Source of the DNA: Sphingobacteriaceae bacterium
GTDB lineage: Bacteria; Bacteroidota; Bacteroidia; B-17B0; Aurantibacillaceae
Direction: 5' to 3'
DNA length: 64,000 nt
Assembly: GCA_023251775.1 (NCBI GenBank)
Contig: JAHEYC010000003.1
Coordinates: 2,324-66,323, forward strand
Below are positions 1-9,215 of this stretch, piece by piece. The position numbers were made by a program, and so were the translations under genes. Position 1 is the first letter of the stretch, and the number at the start of each line of letters is the position of its first letter. The notes under the pieces are model-generated. The model searched no databases, was not told the DNA's origin, and saw nothing but the letters and a program-made list of their open reading frames with translations.

Positions 1-1081
1 TATTTCCCAAGGGATTTAAATTGATATTACCCGCGTAAGTGAGTTTATCGGGTAAATTAGAAATGAATGGAAGAATATTACTGTTGTTCTTATTCAATGA
101 AATAAGTTTTATGGTTGGATTCACCACATTATTTGCTTGAAAAGCTCTGTTGATATTAATAGACGAAAGTTGTTGTGTATTTAATGTTACCGATGTTTGG
201 TTAACGGAGTTCAGAGATTTAATATTGGAGAGTGATCCATTGAACTCTGCACCAAATTCATTAATGATCCTAAAATCCAAAGTAGCATCGCTCAATAAAA
301 AATTTATGGCATTAAAATTCTTGAAAATATCCAAACGAGCTGTATCAATATTCACCGGAACACTTTGCATTCCAAAATAACCTCGCGCATATTGCGGAAC
401 AATTTCAGAATAACTTAACTCTATTTTGGCGCCCGTTCCCGGTGTTGCAACAACCGTTTGCGCAGTTGAACTTAAACTCACCGTATAACTTTGCGTAATG
501 GTATTATAATTTGCGGTTCCTCCTGCGGTAAGATCAATATCGTATCCGTCCAAGGAATATGTTTTTATAAGCGAATTATTTCCCGGAGGAATAGATTCAG
601 ATATCACTAATGGTTGTCCATATTTTTTTACTCCCGGTAAAATGTATAAAAAACTTAAGGGCTGACTAACGGTGTTACTGTACTTTATTTTTAAATTACC
701 ATTTCGAATAATGCCGTACTTCAAAGCAATGCCATCACCCAAACTAAATGTCAGCGGAGTAGGTGGCAAAAGATTCATGCTTTGGCCCGGCGTTAAAGTA
801 AGCGTGATAGGAGTTGTAAATGTGTTTACAATTGTTGTGTCGGGTAATTTTAAAAGTGAATCTACTTTTATGTAGGCAACTTCGCGGTTAACATTTAAAT
901 TCAAAATACCGTTAGCATCGGTGGTGAACAAACTATCGGTTAAAAAATTTCGTATATTAAGTTTACTGGAAACAACCGGCCCGGTAATGTCCACATCCCA
1001 ACTGGCCACCGTTTCTTTTCGGCACGAGAAAAGAGCTAAAATGGCCACAACTAGCAATATAAGGGCTGATTTTAACCGCAT
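1..1081 (-). CDS. hypothetical lipoprotein (3' end lies outside the window)
   Basis: Minus-strand frame is open from the ATG (complement of 1079-1081) through the ~360 nt I translated by hand (to ~720), and no competing long ORF lies further on. Translation: MRLKSALILLVVAILALFSCRKETVASWDVDITGP...NLNVNREVAYIKVDSLLKLPDTTIVNTFTTPITLTLTPGQ. LFSC lipobox. Absent from the ORF track because it runs off the edge. Confidence 0.6.
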   Translation of the reverse strand, partial: MRLKSALILLVVAILALFSCRKETVASWDVDITGPVVSSKLNIRNFLTDSLFTTDANGILNLNVNREVAYIKVDSLLKLPDTTIVNTFTTPITLTLTPGQSMNLLPPTPLTFSLGDGIALKYGIIRNGNLKIKYSNTVSQPLSFLYILPGVKKYGQPLVISESIPPGNNSLIKTYSLDGYDIDLTAGGTANYNTITQSYTVSLSSTAQTVVATPGTGAKIELSYSEIVPQYARGYFGMQSVPVNIDTARLDIFKNFNAINFLLSDATLDFRIINEFGAEFNGSLSNIKSLNSVNQTSVTLNTQQLSSININRAFQANNVVNPTIKLISLNKNNSNILPFISNLPDKLTYAGNINLNPLGN

Positions 1082-1147
1082 TTTTCAAATATAGCTAAAT
1101 AACAGCCCGGAAGAGCTAAATTTTAGATAATTAATTCTATAAAAGCA

Positions 1148-1606
1148 ATGAGTTTTTTCTTTAAATTTGGTGCTCGTAATATGAAACTGAATACCCGGTT
1201 TTTTGCCTCTTGGATACTTGGATCCATCTTAATGTATGCCCTCTTTTACACTTGGCACGGTATTTTTCTTAACGATTTTTTAAAGATCAGCTTTCCTTTT
1301 ACTTGGTTGATCATTTTTACTAGCATTGCCTACGTCACCATTTCCTTTGTACTTTATGCAGTTTATGAGTCAAAACCCATGAAGAACATTTACAACTTCT
1401 TTGTGAGGGGAATAATTTCTGGTGTATTGGTTGGGTTTATCATTTTTGTAGTATCAACTGTTGTTACTATCTCCATATCGCGTAATCTTAGTGCCCAACA
1501 TTTAATGCTCGATTGCGTATGGCAAATGCTCGAACAAACCATTGGCGGTCTTTTATTGGCCGTTGTGAAGGTTTTTGTGGTCGACCACCGTCACGAAGAG
1601 GCTTAG
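1148..1606 (+). CDS. hypothetical integral membrane protein
   Basis: 152-aa ORF with about 4 hydrophobic helices (WILGSILMYALFY, WLIIFTSIAYVTISFVLYAV, GIISGVLVGFIIFVVSTVV, IGGLLLAVVKVFVV). No recognisable family. Confidence 0.5.
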   Translation: MSFFFKFGARNMKLNTRFFASWILGSILMYALFYTWHGIFLNDFLKISFPFTWLIIFTSIAYVTISFVLYAVYESKPMKNIYNFFVRGIISGVLVGFIIFVVSTVVTISISRNLSAQHLMLDCVWQMLEQTIGGLLLAVVKVFVVDHRHEEA

Positions 1607-1770
1607 TGTCATGTCAAGACTAAATTGTCGGGCTATTTTGATTCTATTCAGTTTGGACTTCGTTGCAGAACCCCTCATTTAACTTTAGCTAAACTCGGGA
1701 ACCTGCGCCTCATCCAAACTGAATATCCAATCAAAATATCTCCGACATTTAATGCTTGACAAGACACTAG
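1604..1770. repeat. large imperfect palindrome (arms of about 52 nt, loop of about 58 nt)
   Basis: Left arm is TAGTGTCATGTCAAGACTAAATTGTCGGGCTATTTTGATTCTATTCAGTTTGGA. The reverse complement of the right arm is TAGTGTCTTGTCAAGCATTAAATGTCGGAGATATTTTGATTGGATATTCAGTTTGGA. It starts at the stop codon of the preceding ORF. Confidence 0.6.
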
Positions 1771-1873
1771 TGGCGCGGGTTTTAACAAATCGTCGAACTC
1801 TGCAATAATACTCCTTAATTTATTTGTTTTTTAAAAAAAAATGTAGTTATTTGGTGTATAACATTTAATTTGT

Positions 1874-2941
1874 ATGGTTACTACCTTGGACATCTCAATA
1901 GAAAAAACAACTAAATCAAGAGTTGGCGAACACGACGTAAACAATGTTCCCTTTGGAAAATGTTTCAGCGATCACATGTTCGTTGCCGAATTTGCCGATG
2001 GAAAATGGCAGCAGGCATATATCAAACCTTATCAAGATGTACCAATGAGTTATGCCATGAGTGCTTTGCATTATGGTCAAGCAATTTTTGAAGGTATGAA
2101 AGCTTACAAAAATGATAAAGGAGAAGTTTCTTTGTTTCGTCCTGATGCAAATTTCAAACGTTTGAATAAAAGTGCTGTTCGCATGGCAATGCCCGAAGTT
2201 CCTGAAGATATTTTTATGAACGGAATTTTTGAATTGTTACGTTTAGATGCCGCATGGGTTCCATCAAGTGAAACCGGAAGTTTATATATTCGTCCGTTTA
2301 TTATTGCAACCGATGAAGCTATTGGTGTAAAAGCAAGTGATACTTACAAATTCGTTATCATTACGTGTCCTGCCGGAAAATATTATACCGAACCAATTAA
2401 AGTTTTAGTGGAAACAAATTATATCCGCGCAGTAAAAGGCGGAATAGGATTTGTAAAAGCTGCAGGAAATTACGGAAGAAGTTTATACCCAACAAAATTG
2501 GCGAATCAAAAAGGATATCAACAAGTAATTTGGACCGACAGCGAAACACATCAATATGTAGAAGAGAGTGGAACAATGAATTTGATGTTTGTTATTGGTG
2601 ATACGGTTGTAACTCCGGGATTAAGCGATACAATTCTATCTGGAATTACTCGTGATAGCGTTCTAACATTAGCTCGCGATTGGGGTTTGCGCGTTGAAGA
2701 ACGTAAGATCAGTATCTTCGAAATTATTGAAGCGCACGAAAAAGGAATTTTGAAAGAAGCTTTTGGTTGTGGAACAGCTGCAACTATTGCACAAATTGTT
2801 GGCATAGGTTATAACGGAAAAGATTATCCTTTACCTGCCATTGAAACTCGCAAATTCTCAACTAAGGTCGACGAAACACTTCGCAATATCCGTAAGGGTA
2901 AAACAGAAGATCCGCATCATTGGATGGTTAAAGTTTGCTAG
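1874..2941 (+). CDS. ilvE: branched-chain amino acid aminotransferase
   Basis: 355 aa. Typical class IV aminotransferase blocks: FGKCFSDHMF, ALHYGQAIFEGMKAY, RPDANFKRLNKSAVRMAMP, SLYIRPF, GNYGRSL, EESGTMNLMFV, GITRDSV, FGCGTAA. Confidence 0.9.
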   Translation: MVTTLDISIEKTTKSRVGEHDVNNVPFGKCFSDHMFVAEFADGKWQQAYIKPYQDVPMSYAMSALHYGQAIFEGMKAYKNDKGEVSLFRPDANFKRLNKSAVRMAMPEVPEDIFMNGIFELLRLDAAWVPSSETGSLYIRPFIIATDEAIGVKASDTYKFVIITCPAGKYYTEPIKVLVETNYIRAVKGGIGFVKAAGNYGRSLYPTKLANQKGYQQVIWTDSETHQYVEESGTMNLMFVIGDTVVTPGLSDTILSGITRDSVLTLARDWGLRVEERKISIFEIIEAHEKGILKEAFGCGTAATIAQIVGIGYNGKDYPLPAIETRKFSTKVDETLRNIRKGKTEDPHHWMVKVC

Positions 2942-2975
2942 GAATTATTTCCCTGAGATTACGCAGCTAAAATTA

Positions 2976-3001
2976 AAAACCGACATTGTCGGTTTTTTTT
3001 G
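2976..3001 (+). terminator. rho-independent terminator after ilvE
   Basis: AAAACCGACA-TTG-TCGGTTTTTTTT hairpin followed by a T-run, 35 nt after the ilvE stop. Confidence 0.7.
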
Positions 3002-3051
3002 TTTTTGAAAATCATTGCGGTCTTTATAACTTTATGAATAGCACTTCGCTG

Positions 3052-3245
3052 ACCCCGAGGTGTCAAAATGTGGTACGCTTTACATGACGATGAATTAAAT
3101 TTTGCTGACCCTCATGAACATTGAATCAAATTTTGATACGCACTACAGGGGATGAATTCCACTTCGCTGACCCCGAAGGGGTCACATATTGGTAAGCAGA
3201 TATAAATAAGACTAATAAAGCCCCGAAGGGGCGACATATCGGTAC
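3052..3245. repeat. REP-like hairpin repeats, 3 copies, orientation A
   Basis: ACCCCGAGGTGTCAAAATGTGGTA (3052-3075), CCCCGAAGGGGTCACATATTGGTA (3171-3194), CCCCGAAGGGGCGACATATCGGTAC (3221-3245). GC-rich stems with a GAA loop, set in AT-rich DNA. Confidence 0.65.
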
Positions 3246-3254
3246 AAAAACGCT

Positions 3255-3713
3255 TTAGGCCATTTCTTTAAAAATATATTTCTCGTCATATTCGATCTCA
3301 TGTTCTTTTAAGAAAGATCGGTATTCCATTTTGAATGGAACCGTTTTATGATGTTGTTCCTGGTTCGGAATATAATTAATAACAAATTTTATTTGCGATC
3401 TCCCGTATGAAAATGCACCGTAACCTTCCTGCCATTCAAATTTCCCGAGAACTAATTTTCTTTCGTTGACCCATTTTGATGAATTAGATTTTATTTCCCT
3501 TAATAATTCCGATATGGCTTGGTTTGTTCTGAAACCTACCAAAATATGGATATGGTCCGGCATACCGTTTATACAAAGCATTTTGTGACCGTGATTTTGA
3601 ATGATCGCGGTAATATATTTATACAATTCATCTTTCCATGAAGGATGAATAGAAGCGTTTCTGTATTTTACCGCAAATACAAATTGCAAATGTATCTGTG
3701 AATATGTTCCCAT
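3255..3713 (-). CDS. IS200/IS605-family Y1 (HUH) transposase-like protein, probable REP-associated tyrosine transposase (RAYT)
   Basis: 152 aa. HUH motif in MPDHIHILVGF and catalytic Tyr region QEGYGAFSY. Typical N-terminus YSQIHLQFVFAVKYR. No tnpB partner. Flanked by inverted REP arrays. Confidence 0.85.
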   Translation of the reverse strand: MGTYSQIHLQFVFAVKYRNASIHPSWKDELYKYITAIIQNHGHKMLCINGMPDHIHILVGFRTNQAISELLREIKSNSSKWVNERKLVLGKFEWQEGYGAFSYGRSQIKFVINYIPNQEQHHKTVPFKMEYRSFLKEHEIEYDEKYIFKEMA

Positions 3714-3770
3714 TTCAAAACAAAGGTAATACGGTAAATGTGGATTGATTGCTACAAATTATAGCATTTA

Positions 3771-4090
3771 ACCAATATGTCACCCCTTCGGGGTTCTTTT
3801 TCGTTTTATTTTTCGGTTTTACCAATATGTCGTCCCTTCGGGACTGTACCACATTTCGAACTATAAAAACGGATGCTTGCGTAAGATTCCTTGATTGAGC
3901 GGATAGATATGTCTCATCTCGGAAAACAAACAGCTAACCAATATGTCGTCCCTTCGGGACTGTACCACATTTCGAACTATAAGAACGGATGCTTGCGTTA
4001 GATTCCTTGATTGAGCGGGGCGGGATGTTTCATCCCGCAAAACAAAAAGCGTAAACAAATATGTCGTCCCTTCGGGACTGAACCATATTA
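3771..4090. repeat. REP-like hairpin repeats, 4 copies, orientation B, including 2.3 tandem units of 116-118 bp
   Basis: ACCAATATGTCACCCCTTCGGGG (3771). ACCAATATGTCGTCCCTTCGGGACTGTACCACATTTCGAACTATAA at 3821 and 3937. ACAAATATGTCGTCCCTTCGGGACTGAACCATATT at 4055. These are the reverse complement of the left-side motif. Confidence 0.75.
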
Positions 4091-4164
4091 TGAAATATTA
4101 AAATTTATTTACCTGAGATGCGGACGTTATCGTTGAACGGGACATTTTGTCCCGGAGACAAATC

Positions 4165-5898
4165 CTAAAACGGCACAAACGTTAACCCTATTGTAAAATT
4201 AAATCGCTGGGTTGGATATCTCTCCCATCTGTAATAGCGTTGATTGGCAATATTGTTTGCTTTTACAAAGAAGCTCAACATTTTACTGTAACGATATTCG
4301 GCTTCTAAATTCACGTCAACTAATCCATTAATTTGTTTCGGACCTAAACTTACAGTGTTATTGGCATCCAATATCTGTGTTTGCATCCATTGTTTTCCGA
4401 TCACAAAAATATCTCCGCGCAAAATTATTTTACTTTTTAAATTATAGATGGTTGATAAGGTAAGATCATAATCAGGTTTGTGATACGCACGCGTTAAATT
4501 CTTTGTTTTATAGATATAATAATTTCCTTTTGCTATGAAATGCATTTTCTCGCGCAATTGATATTTTAAAGAGCCGCTTAAATTTACTACCGATGCATTA
4601 TCATAGATCACATTAAAATGATTATACAAAGTATTTGGTCCGCCATAATCGATCACATAAAAATGTAAACTATCCATTTTACTATAACTTCCTTTCACAT
4701 CGTAACTTGTATTGCTGCTTAAATTCCCTTTTAAACCTCCGTACAAAGCGTATTTATTATTCGTATTCACATAATTAATAGATGTATCAATGAACGGATT
4801 TTCGTTGCTTAACGAACGCAAACTGTTCTTTATTAATCCGCCTGTTGCTCCTGCATAAGGAATGATCATGCTTTCGTAGACATCATATTCTACATTCAAT
4901 TGAGGATAGCCGTAAAAACGTGTCTTGCCTTTAAAATTATCTACCGTTCCTTTTAATCCAACAACAGCTTTCCATTTTTTTCCTTGCGCTTCAAATGATG
5001 GTGCTAAAGAAACAATGAGATCATTCAAAGTATCGGTACTTTGTTTGTGGTTATAATAATTTGTACTGAAACCGATATTTATTTTTTCTTTATTGAGGAA
5101 CATACTCGCATCCACATTTAAGTTGATGTTATTCTCGGCCTCGCGATTTAAATTCTGCAAATTATAAAAACCTAATCCAATAACATGATTCACATGTGTG
5201 CTATCGGTATAATGACTTTGTAAAACTAATTTTGGCTCAATTAACTGATAACGTTGTTTAGTATAATCATTTTGCAAAAAATTAACGCTGGGATCGTATC
5301 CATAATAGTGAATTACATTTCGCGAATAATTTAGATCACCATTCAAGGTATGTTTCTTGTAGAATTTTTTTCCGTAAACCGAAACAATATTATCGCTAAA
5401 ACCACTAAAGCCCGAACTTTCTATTAAACCTTGACTAGAATAATGTTTGAGATGTGCACCGTAAGCCATATCGCGCGAACGTAAATTGCTTACAAAAAAT
5501 TCGCCGTACGGACTGCTGTACAAAGGACCGTAACCCACTTTAAGAAGCGAGTGATATAATTTAGTGAGCGGTTCGTTCTGCATTTTAGCCGCGTCAATTT
5601 TTTGTACTTGGTATTTTGGAAACAAAGGATTGCTGGCAATGCCGTATTTAATATTCGTGATACGTTTTACGGTGTCTTTTATTTCGGGCTGATCATTTAC
5701 TTTTGCTGATTCTTTTATCTCGGGTTTAAATGTACTAAGCGCGTTGAACGTATTATTGTTCACATTGGTTTGCGCCAATGAAATAACAACCTGGATAAGA
5801 ATAAGTAAAATGACCAATACCCAGGTCACAATTTTTTTAACCCTTATTCTTTGGGCTTCTTCGGCCTCAGCCGCTTTATACATTAATTCCGGATCCAT
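4165..5898 (-). CDS. putative outer-membrane beta-barrel protein (porin-like)
   Basis: 577 aa. N-terminal hydrophobic segment ending SLAQ. Alternating aromatic/polar beta-strand pattern throughout. C-terminal ...FNFTIGLTFVPF with a terminal Phe, typical of OMPs. Start lies 6 nt after the stop of the upstream TPR gene. Confidence 0.55.
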   Translation of the reverse strand: MDPELMYKAAEAEEAQRIRVKKIVTWVLVILLILIQVVISLAQTNVNNNTFNALSTFKPEIKESAKVNDQPEIKDTVKRITNIKYGIASNPLFPKYQVQKIDAAKMQNEPLTKLYHSLLKVGYGPLYSSPYGEFFVSNLRSRDMAYGAHLKHYSSQGLIESSGFSGFSDNIVSVYGKKFYKKHTLNGDLNYSRNVIHYYGYDPSVNFLQNDYTKQRYQLIEPKLVLQSHYTDSTHVNHVIGLGFYNLQNLNREAENNINLNVDASMFLNKEKINIGFSTNYYNHKQSTDTLNDLIVSLAPSFEAQGKKWKAVVGLKGTVDNFKGKTRFYGYPQLNVEYDVYESMIIPYAGATGGLIKNSLRSLSNENPFIDTSINYVNTNNKYALYGGLKGNLSSNTSYDVKGSYSKMDSLHFYVIDYGGPNTLYNHFNVIYDNASVVNLSGSLKYQLREKMHFIAKGNYYIYKTKNLTRAYHKPDYDLTLSTIYNLKSKIILRGDIFVIGKQWMQTQILDANNTVSLGPKQINGLVDVNLEAEYRYSKMLSFFVKANNIANQRYYRWERYPTQRFNFTIGLTFVPF

Positions 5899-5904
5899 TT
5901 ATGT

Positions 5905-8900
5905 TTATTTAGGTTGTACTGGTTGTTCGTTCTGTTTTTTGCTTGGGTCGTTCTCGTTCAGATCAGGATTGCTTTCATCCCCTTTTAATTCGAGCTTCGC
6001 TTCATTAGAAGTTCTTTGTTTAGCTTCTTCTTCCTTTTTAACTTGCTTTGCTTTTAAGGCATCTAGTTTTGCCTGCGCCTCATCCAAATAAATTTGTTTT
6101 GGTTTGCCATCAATAATAGTTTCTAAGATCACTTGCGCATCGGCATCATCACCCTTGGCGATATACGAATCGGCCAAAAGCAACATTCCTTTATTGTTCC
6201 AATCATCGTTGCTGTATTCGTAACCAATTAATTTGTTCACCGTTTTTTCGGTTTCTTTATAATCTTGCTTCTTGAAATAAATGCTGGCCATATAATAATA
6301 AGCTTCTGCACCGCTTATGTTCTTAGATGTTTTACTCATAGCTTTGAATTCGATCAAGGCATCATCCAAACGGTTTGTTTCGTACAAACATTTTGCTTTG
6401 ATGTATTTTATCTCGGTTGTTTGTTGAGGATAGATTTTTTCGTGTGTCAATATCTCATTGCACACAGTTAAAGCGGTATCGAATTTATTTAAGTAGAACG
6501 CACAACGCATACTTCCAAAGCGGGCGTTGGTCTTATTAAGCGGACTCTCAGCAATATCTTTCAACTGCATGAATTGTGGAAATGCTAAAGCATAATTCTT
6601 TGCTTTGTAATTAATATAAGAGGCTTTTGCCAAAGACGTTTCGGTATATAAATTCCTTGATTTTGATAAAATGTAATTATAAGCCGGTAATGCTTTTTCT
6701 AACATATTCTTATTATAAGCTGTTTCGGCATAATTGAATTGCGCTTCTAAAATATATTTTCCGTCAGGGAAACGTGAGATATAAGCGGCCCATTTTTCAA
6801 ATGCTGCATCAATGTTCTTCTCGTCGTATTGTGCAGTTTTTGCAGTTTCGTAAGTGGCGGCTTCCACTTGATTCACATTTAAAGGATTTCCGAGATCAAC
6901 AAAATATTTTTCCATCGCTTCTATCTGTCCTTTTGCTTTAAAAATGGTCTTTATTTGTTCTAATACATTCTTTGCTTCTTCACTCTTCGAATCATTCTTC
7001 ACAAACTTATCGAAGTATGCAAAGGCCTTATCATCTTCTTTGCGTCCGAAATAAATATTCCCAAGTTTAGCATAACAGTTTTGTGTTGAACTCGATTTTG
7101 GATAATTGTTCAGGATCTTTGTATAATACAAAATGGCATTCTCTTCATCTTTCAAATTCTCATAATACGTATCAGCCATTTCATTCAACACTTTTCCGGT
7201 ATAAACCGAACCGGGATACTTTGTTTCAATAATCTTCAGTTCTGCAATTTTCTCTTTGTATTTCTTTAATAAACCTTGGCATAAAGCTTTTTGATAGATG
7301 GCGTAATCAACATCCAGTTTATTCAAGTTAATGGCTTCAGAGTATAATTCCGCTGCTTGAGGAAATGTATTATTCATGAAATAACAATCAGCAGCTCTTA
7401 AATTCGCATCTGCTTTTTTGTTGAGGTCGGTTAAATTTTTTGACAATAAATATTTTCTAAAAGCAATATTGGCATTGGTATAATCTTCTTTTTCTTTACG
7501 TTGAAAGTGTGCGTAACCAATATTATAATTGGCAATATCATATTCCGGTAAAGAAATAGAACCTTCCATCACTAGAAATTTTTTCCAAGCATCAATGGCA
7601 GTCGTATAATCTTTACGCATATAAGATATCTCACCCATCCAATATTGACTCAGAGAATTTAAAACCAGGTCGCTGTTTTGCGCTAATGATTTTTTGAATT
7701 GCTTTTCTGCTTCGTCAAGCTTATCATTATTAAATGCATCAACACCTTTAAAGTAAATGAGTTTTTGATAGGTGTATTTTAAGATAGGATCAATTGTTCC
7801 CATACTTTCAATACTCTTTATTGCCAAGTCATAATTGCGAGTGGTTGAATAAACATTGATCAAAAAGGTATAGCACTCATCTTTGCGCGTTGACTTTGGA
7901 TATTCTTTCAAATATTTACTGAAAGCTTTTACCGCTTCGTTGTACGGACTAAAATCCAACTCGTAACTTATTTTTGCAAAACTGAACAAAGCATCTTCTT
8001 CAATTTTTTGATCGTAATTTAATTGATAAGCGCTGTAAAACGCATTCTTGGCTTTTAATTTATCATCCATTTTCATATAGCAATCGGCCATATGATACCA
8101 AGCACTTTGCGAAATAGAATCTTTTGGTGTAGTAGCTTTTTCAAATTGTTTAATGGCGTTAGGACAATCGCCTGTTTTGTAATAACAATAACCTAATGCA
8201 TAATTCCCTTGGGGATTAAGATCGGAAGCTAAATTTGTTTTTTTGAGATACACCAAAGCATCACTGTATTTTTTCAAATTATAGTAGCTTTCGCCTATCA
8301 TGCGATTGATCTCATCGGCTTTTTGAACATTGGCGCTATCGTTCAGTAATTGCGGCGCTGTTTGCGTAACAGTTTCGTATTTTCCTTGGATAAAATAGAT
8401 CTGTGTGATATAATAAGGAACAACCGTCCCAAACGTTTCGTTGTTCACCAATTTATTGAATCCTATCAAAGCTGTTCCGTAATTTTTTTCTGAATACGAA
8501 ATGTGCGAGAAATAATACGTGGCAGGATGCATGTACTTATTATCCTTATCTTTTATCTCCGCCAGATCAGCTTTTGCTTTCTCGGTGTTTCCTTCCATCA
8601 AATAACTATAACCGCGTTTGAATTGCAATTCGGCAAGATCATCTTTGCTTAATTTTATACCATCCGTTTTTTCTAAATACTCAAGTGTTTCTTTATATCG
8701 TTTTTTTCTGAAGTTGGATCTGCCCAAGTAAAATAGGGCTAAATTCTTCTTTGTACTCTCGGGATGTTTCTCGATGAATTGTTTCATGCGCCACTCACCG
8801 TCTTTATGAAAAAGTTCAACACCACAAGCGGCGGCGTAAAATTTGGCGTCGGTCTTTAAAACAGAAGCAGAAGTTTTTGAAATGTAATCATCAAAACTTT

Positions 8901-9051
8901 TTTGAGCGCTGGCATATAATTTTTTATCGAATAATTCGAGTCCTGTTTTATAAAGTTCATCTTTATCTAAAAAGATCGCCGTTTTTTGAGCGCCAACACG
9001 TCCAACCAGTAAAAAAAGCAAAACGATCAGAGAAATTCTCTTGAAATGCAT
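5905..9051 (-). CDS. large secreted tetratricopeptide-repeat protein
   Basis: 1048 aa. Signal peptide MHFKRISLIVLLFLLVGRVGAQ. Dozens of TPR-like units (A..Y..G..Y....Y..A...F). Charged low-complexity C-terminal tail. Confidence 0.8.
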   Translation of the reverse strand: MHFKRISLIVLLFLLVGRVGAQKTAIFLDKDELYKTGLELFDKKLYASAQKSFDDYISKTSASVLKTDAKFYAAACGVELFHKDGEWRMKQFIEKHPESTKKNLALFYLGRSNFRKKRYKETLEYLEKTDGIKLSKDDLAELQFKRGYSYLMEGNTEKAKADLAEIKDKDNKYMHPATYYFSHISYSEKNYGTALIGFNKLVNNETFGTVVPYYITQIYFIQGKYETVTQTAPQLLNDSANVQKADEINRMIGESYYNLKKYSDALVYLKKTNLASDLNPQGNYALGYCYYKTGDCPNAIKQFEKATTPKDSISQSAWYHMADCYMKMDDKLKAKNAFYSAYQLNYDQKIEEDALFSFAKISYELDFSPYNEAVKAFSKYLKEYPKSTRKDECYTFLINVYSTTRNYDLAIKSIESMGTIDPILKYTYQKLIYFKGVDAFNNDKLDEAEKQFKKSLAQNSDLVLNSLSQYWMGEISYMRKDYTTAIDAWKKFLVMEGSISLPEYDIANYNIGYAHFQRKEKEDYTNANIAFRKYLLSKNLTDLNKKADANLRAADCYFMNNTFPQAAELYSEAINLNKLDVDYAIYQKALCQGLLKKYKEKIAELKIIETKYPGSVYTGKVLNEMADTYYENLKDEENAILYYTKILNNYPKSSSTQNCYAKLGNIYFGRKEDDKAFAYFDKFVKNDSKSEEAKNVLEQIKTIFKAKGQIEAMEKYFVDLGNPLNVNQVEAATYETAKTAQYDEKNIDAAFEKWAAYISRFPDGKYILEAQFNYAETAYNKNMLEKALPAYNYILSKSRNLYTETSLAKASYINYKAKNYALAFPQFMQLKDIAESPLNKTNARFGSMRCAFYLNKFDTALTVCNEILTHEKIYPQQTTEIKYIKAKCLYETNRLDDALIEFKAMSKTSKNISGAEAYYYMASIYFKKQDYKETEKTVNKLIGYEYSNDDWNNKGMLLLADSYIAKGDDADAQVILETIIDGKPKQIYLDEAQAKLDALKAKQVKKEEEAKQRTSNEAKLELKGDESNPDLNENDPSKKQNEQPVQPK

Positions 9052-9215
9052 GTATGTGGGTTTAAGATAAATTTTATCCCAATAAATGTACTTTGCTTAA
9101 GTTTATACTATGTGTAGTTGTGATGTTGATTATTAACGGTAACGTGTTGATATAGTTACAGCTTCGTTGGTGAATTAAACTTGCTTTTATGGTAATTTTA
9201 GAATTTGGAGAACGA

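Noticed and set aside
1704-1720. 17-nt identity (CCTGCGCCTCATCCAAA) between the loop of the 1604-1770 palindrome and 6064-6080 inside the TPR gene
   Set aside because: A single 17-mer match is close to chance expectation for all-against-all comparison of 64 kb on both strands (order 0.2-0.5 expected). The flanks do not align.
3861-4058. 65-aa minus-strand ORF in the ORF track
   Set aside because: It lies entirely within the tandem REP-containing repeats. Its sequence is repeat-derived (the same peptide segment occurs twice) and it matches no family.
3821-4090. Possible CRISPR array (regularly spaced repeats)
   Set aside because: The sequences between the hairpins are themselves duplicated (116-118 bp units, about 75 nt conserved). 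There are only 2.3 units and no cas genes. This is a tandem duplication of a REP-type element.
5905-9051. The TPR protein as SprE/PorW (T9SS lipoprotein)
   Set aside because: The signal peptide ends VGRVGAQ with no lipobox cysteine, and I cannot recall matching blocks. Length and TPR content alone are not diagnostic.
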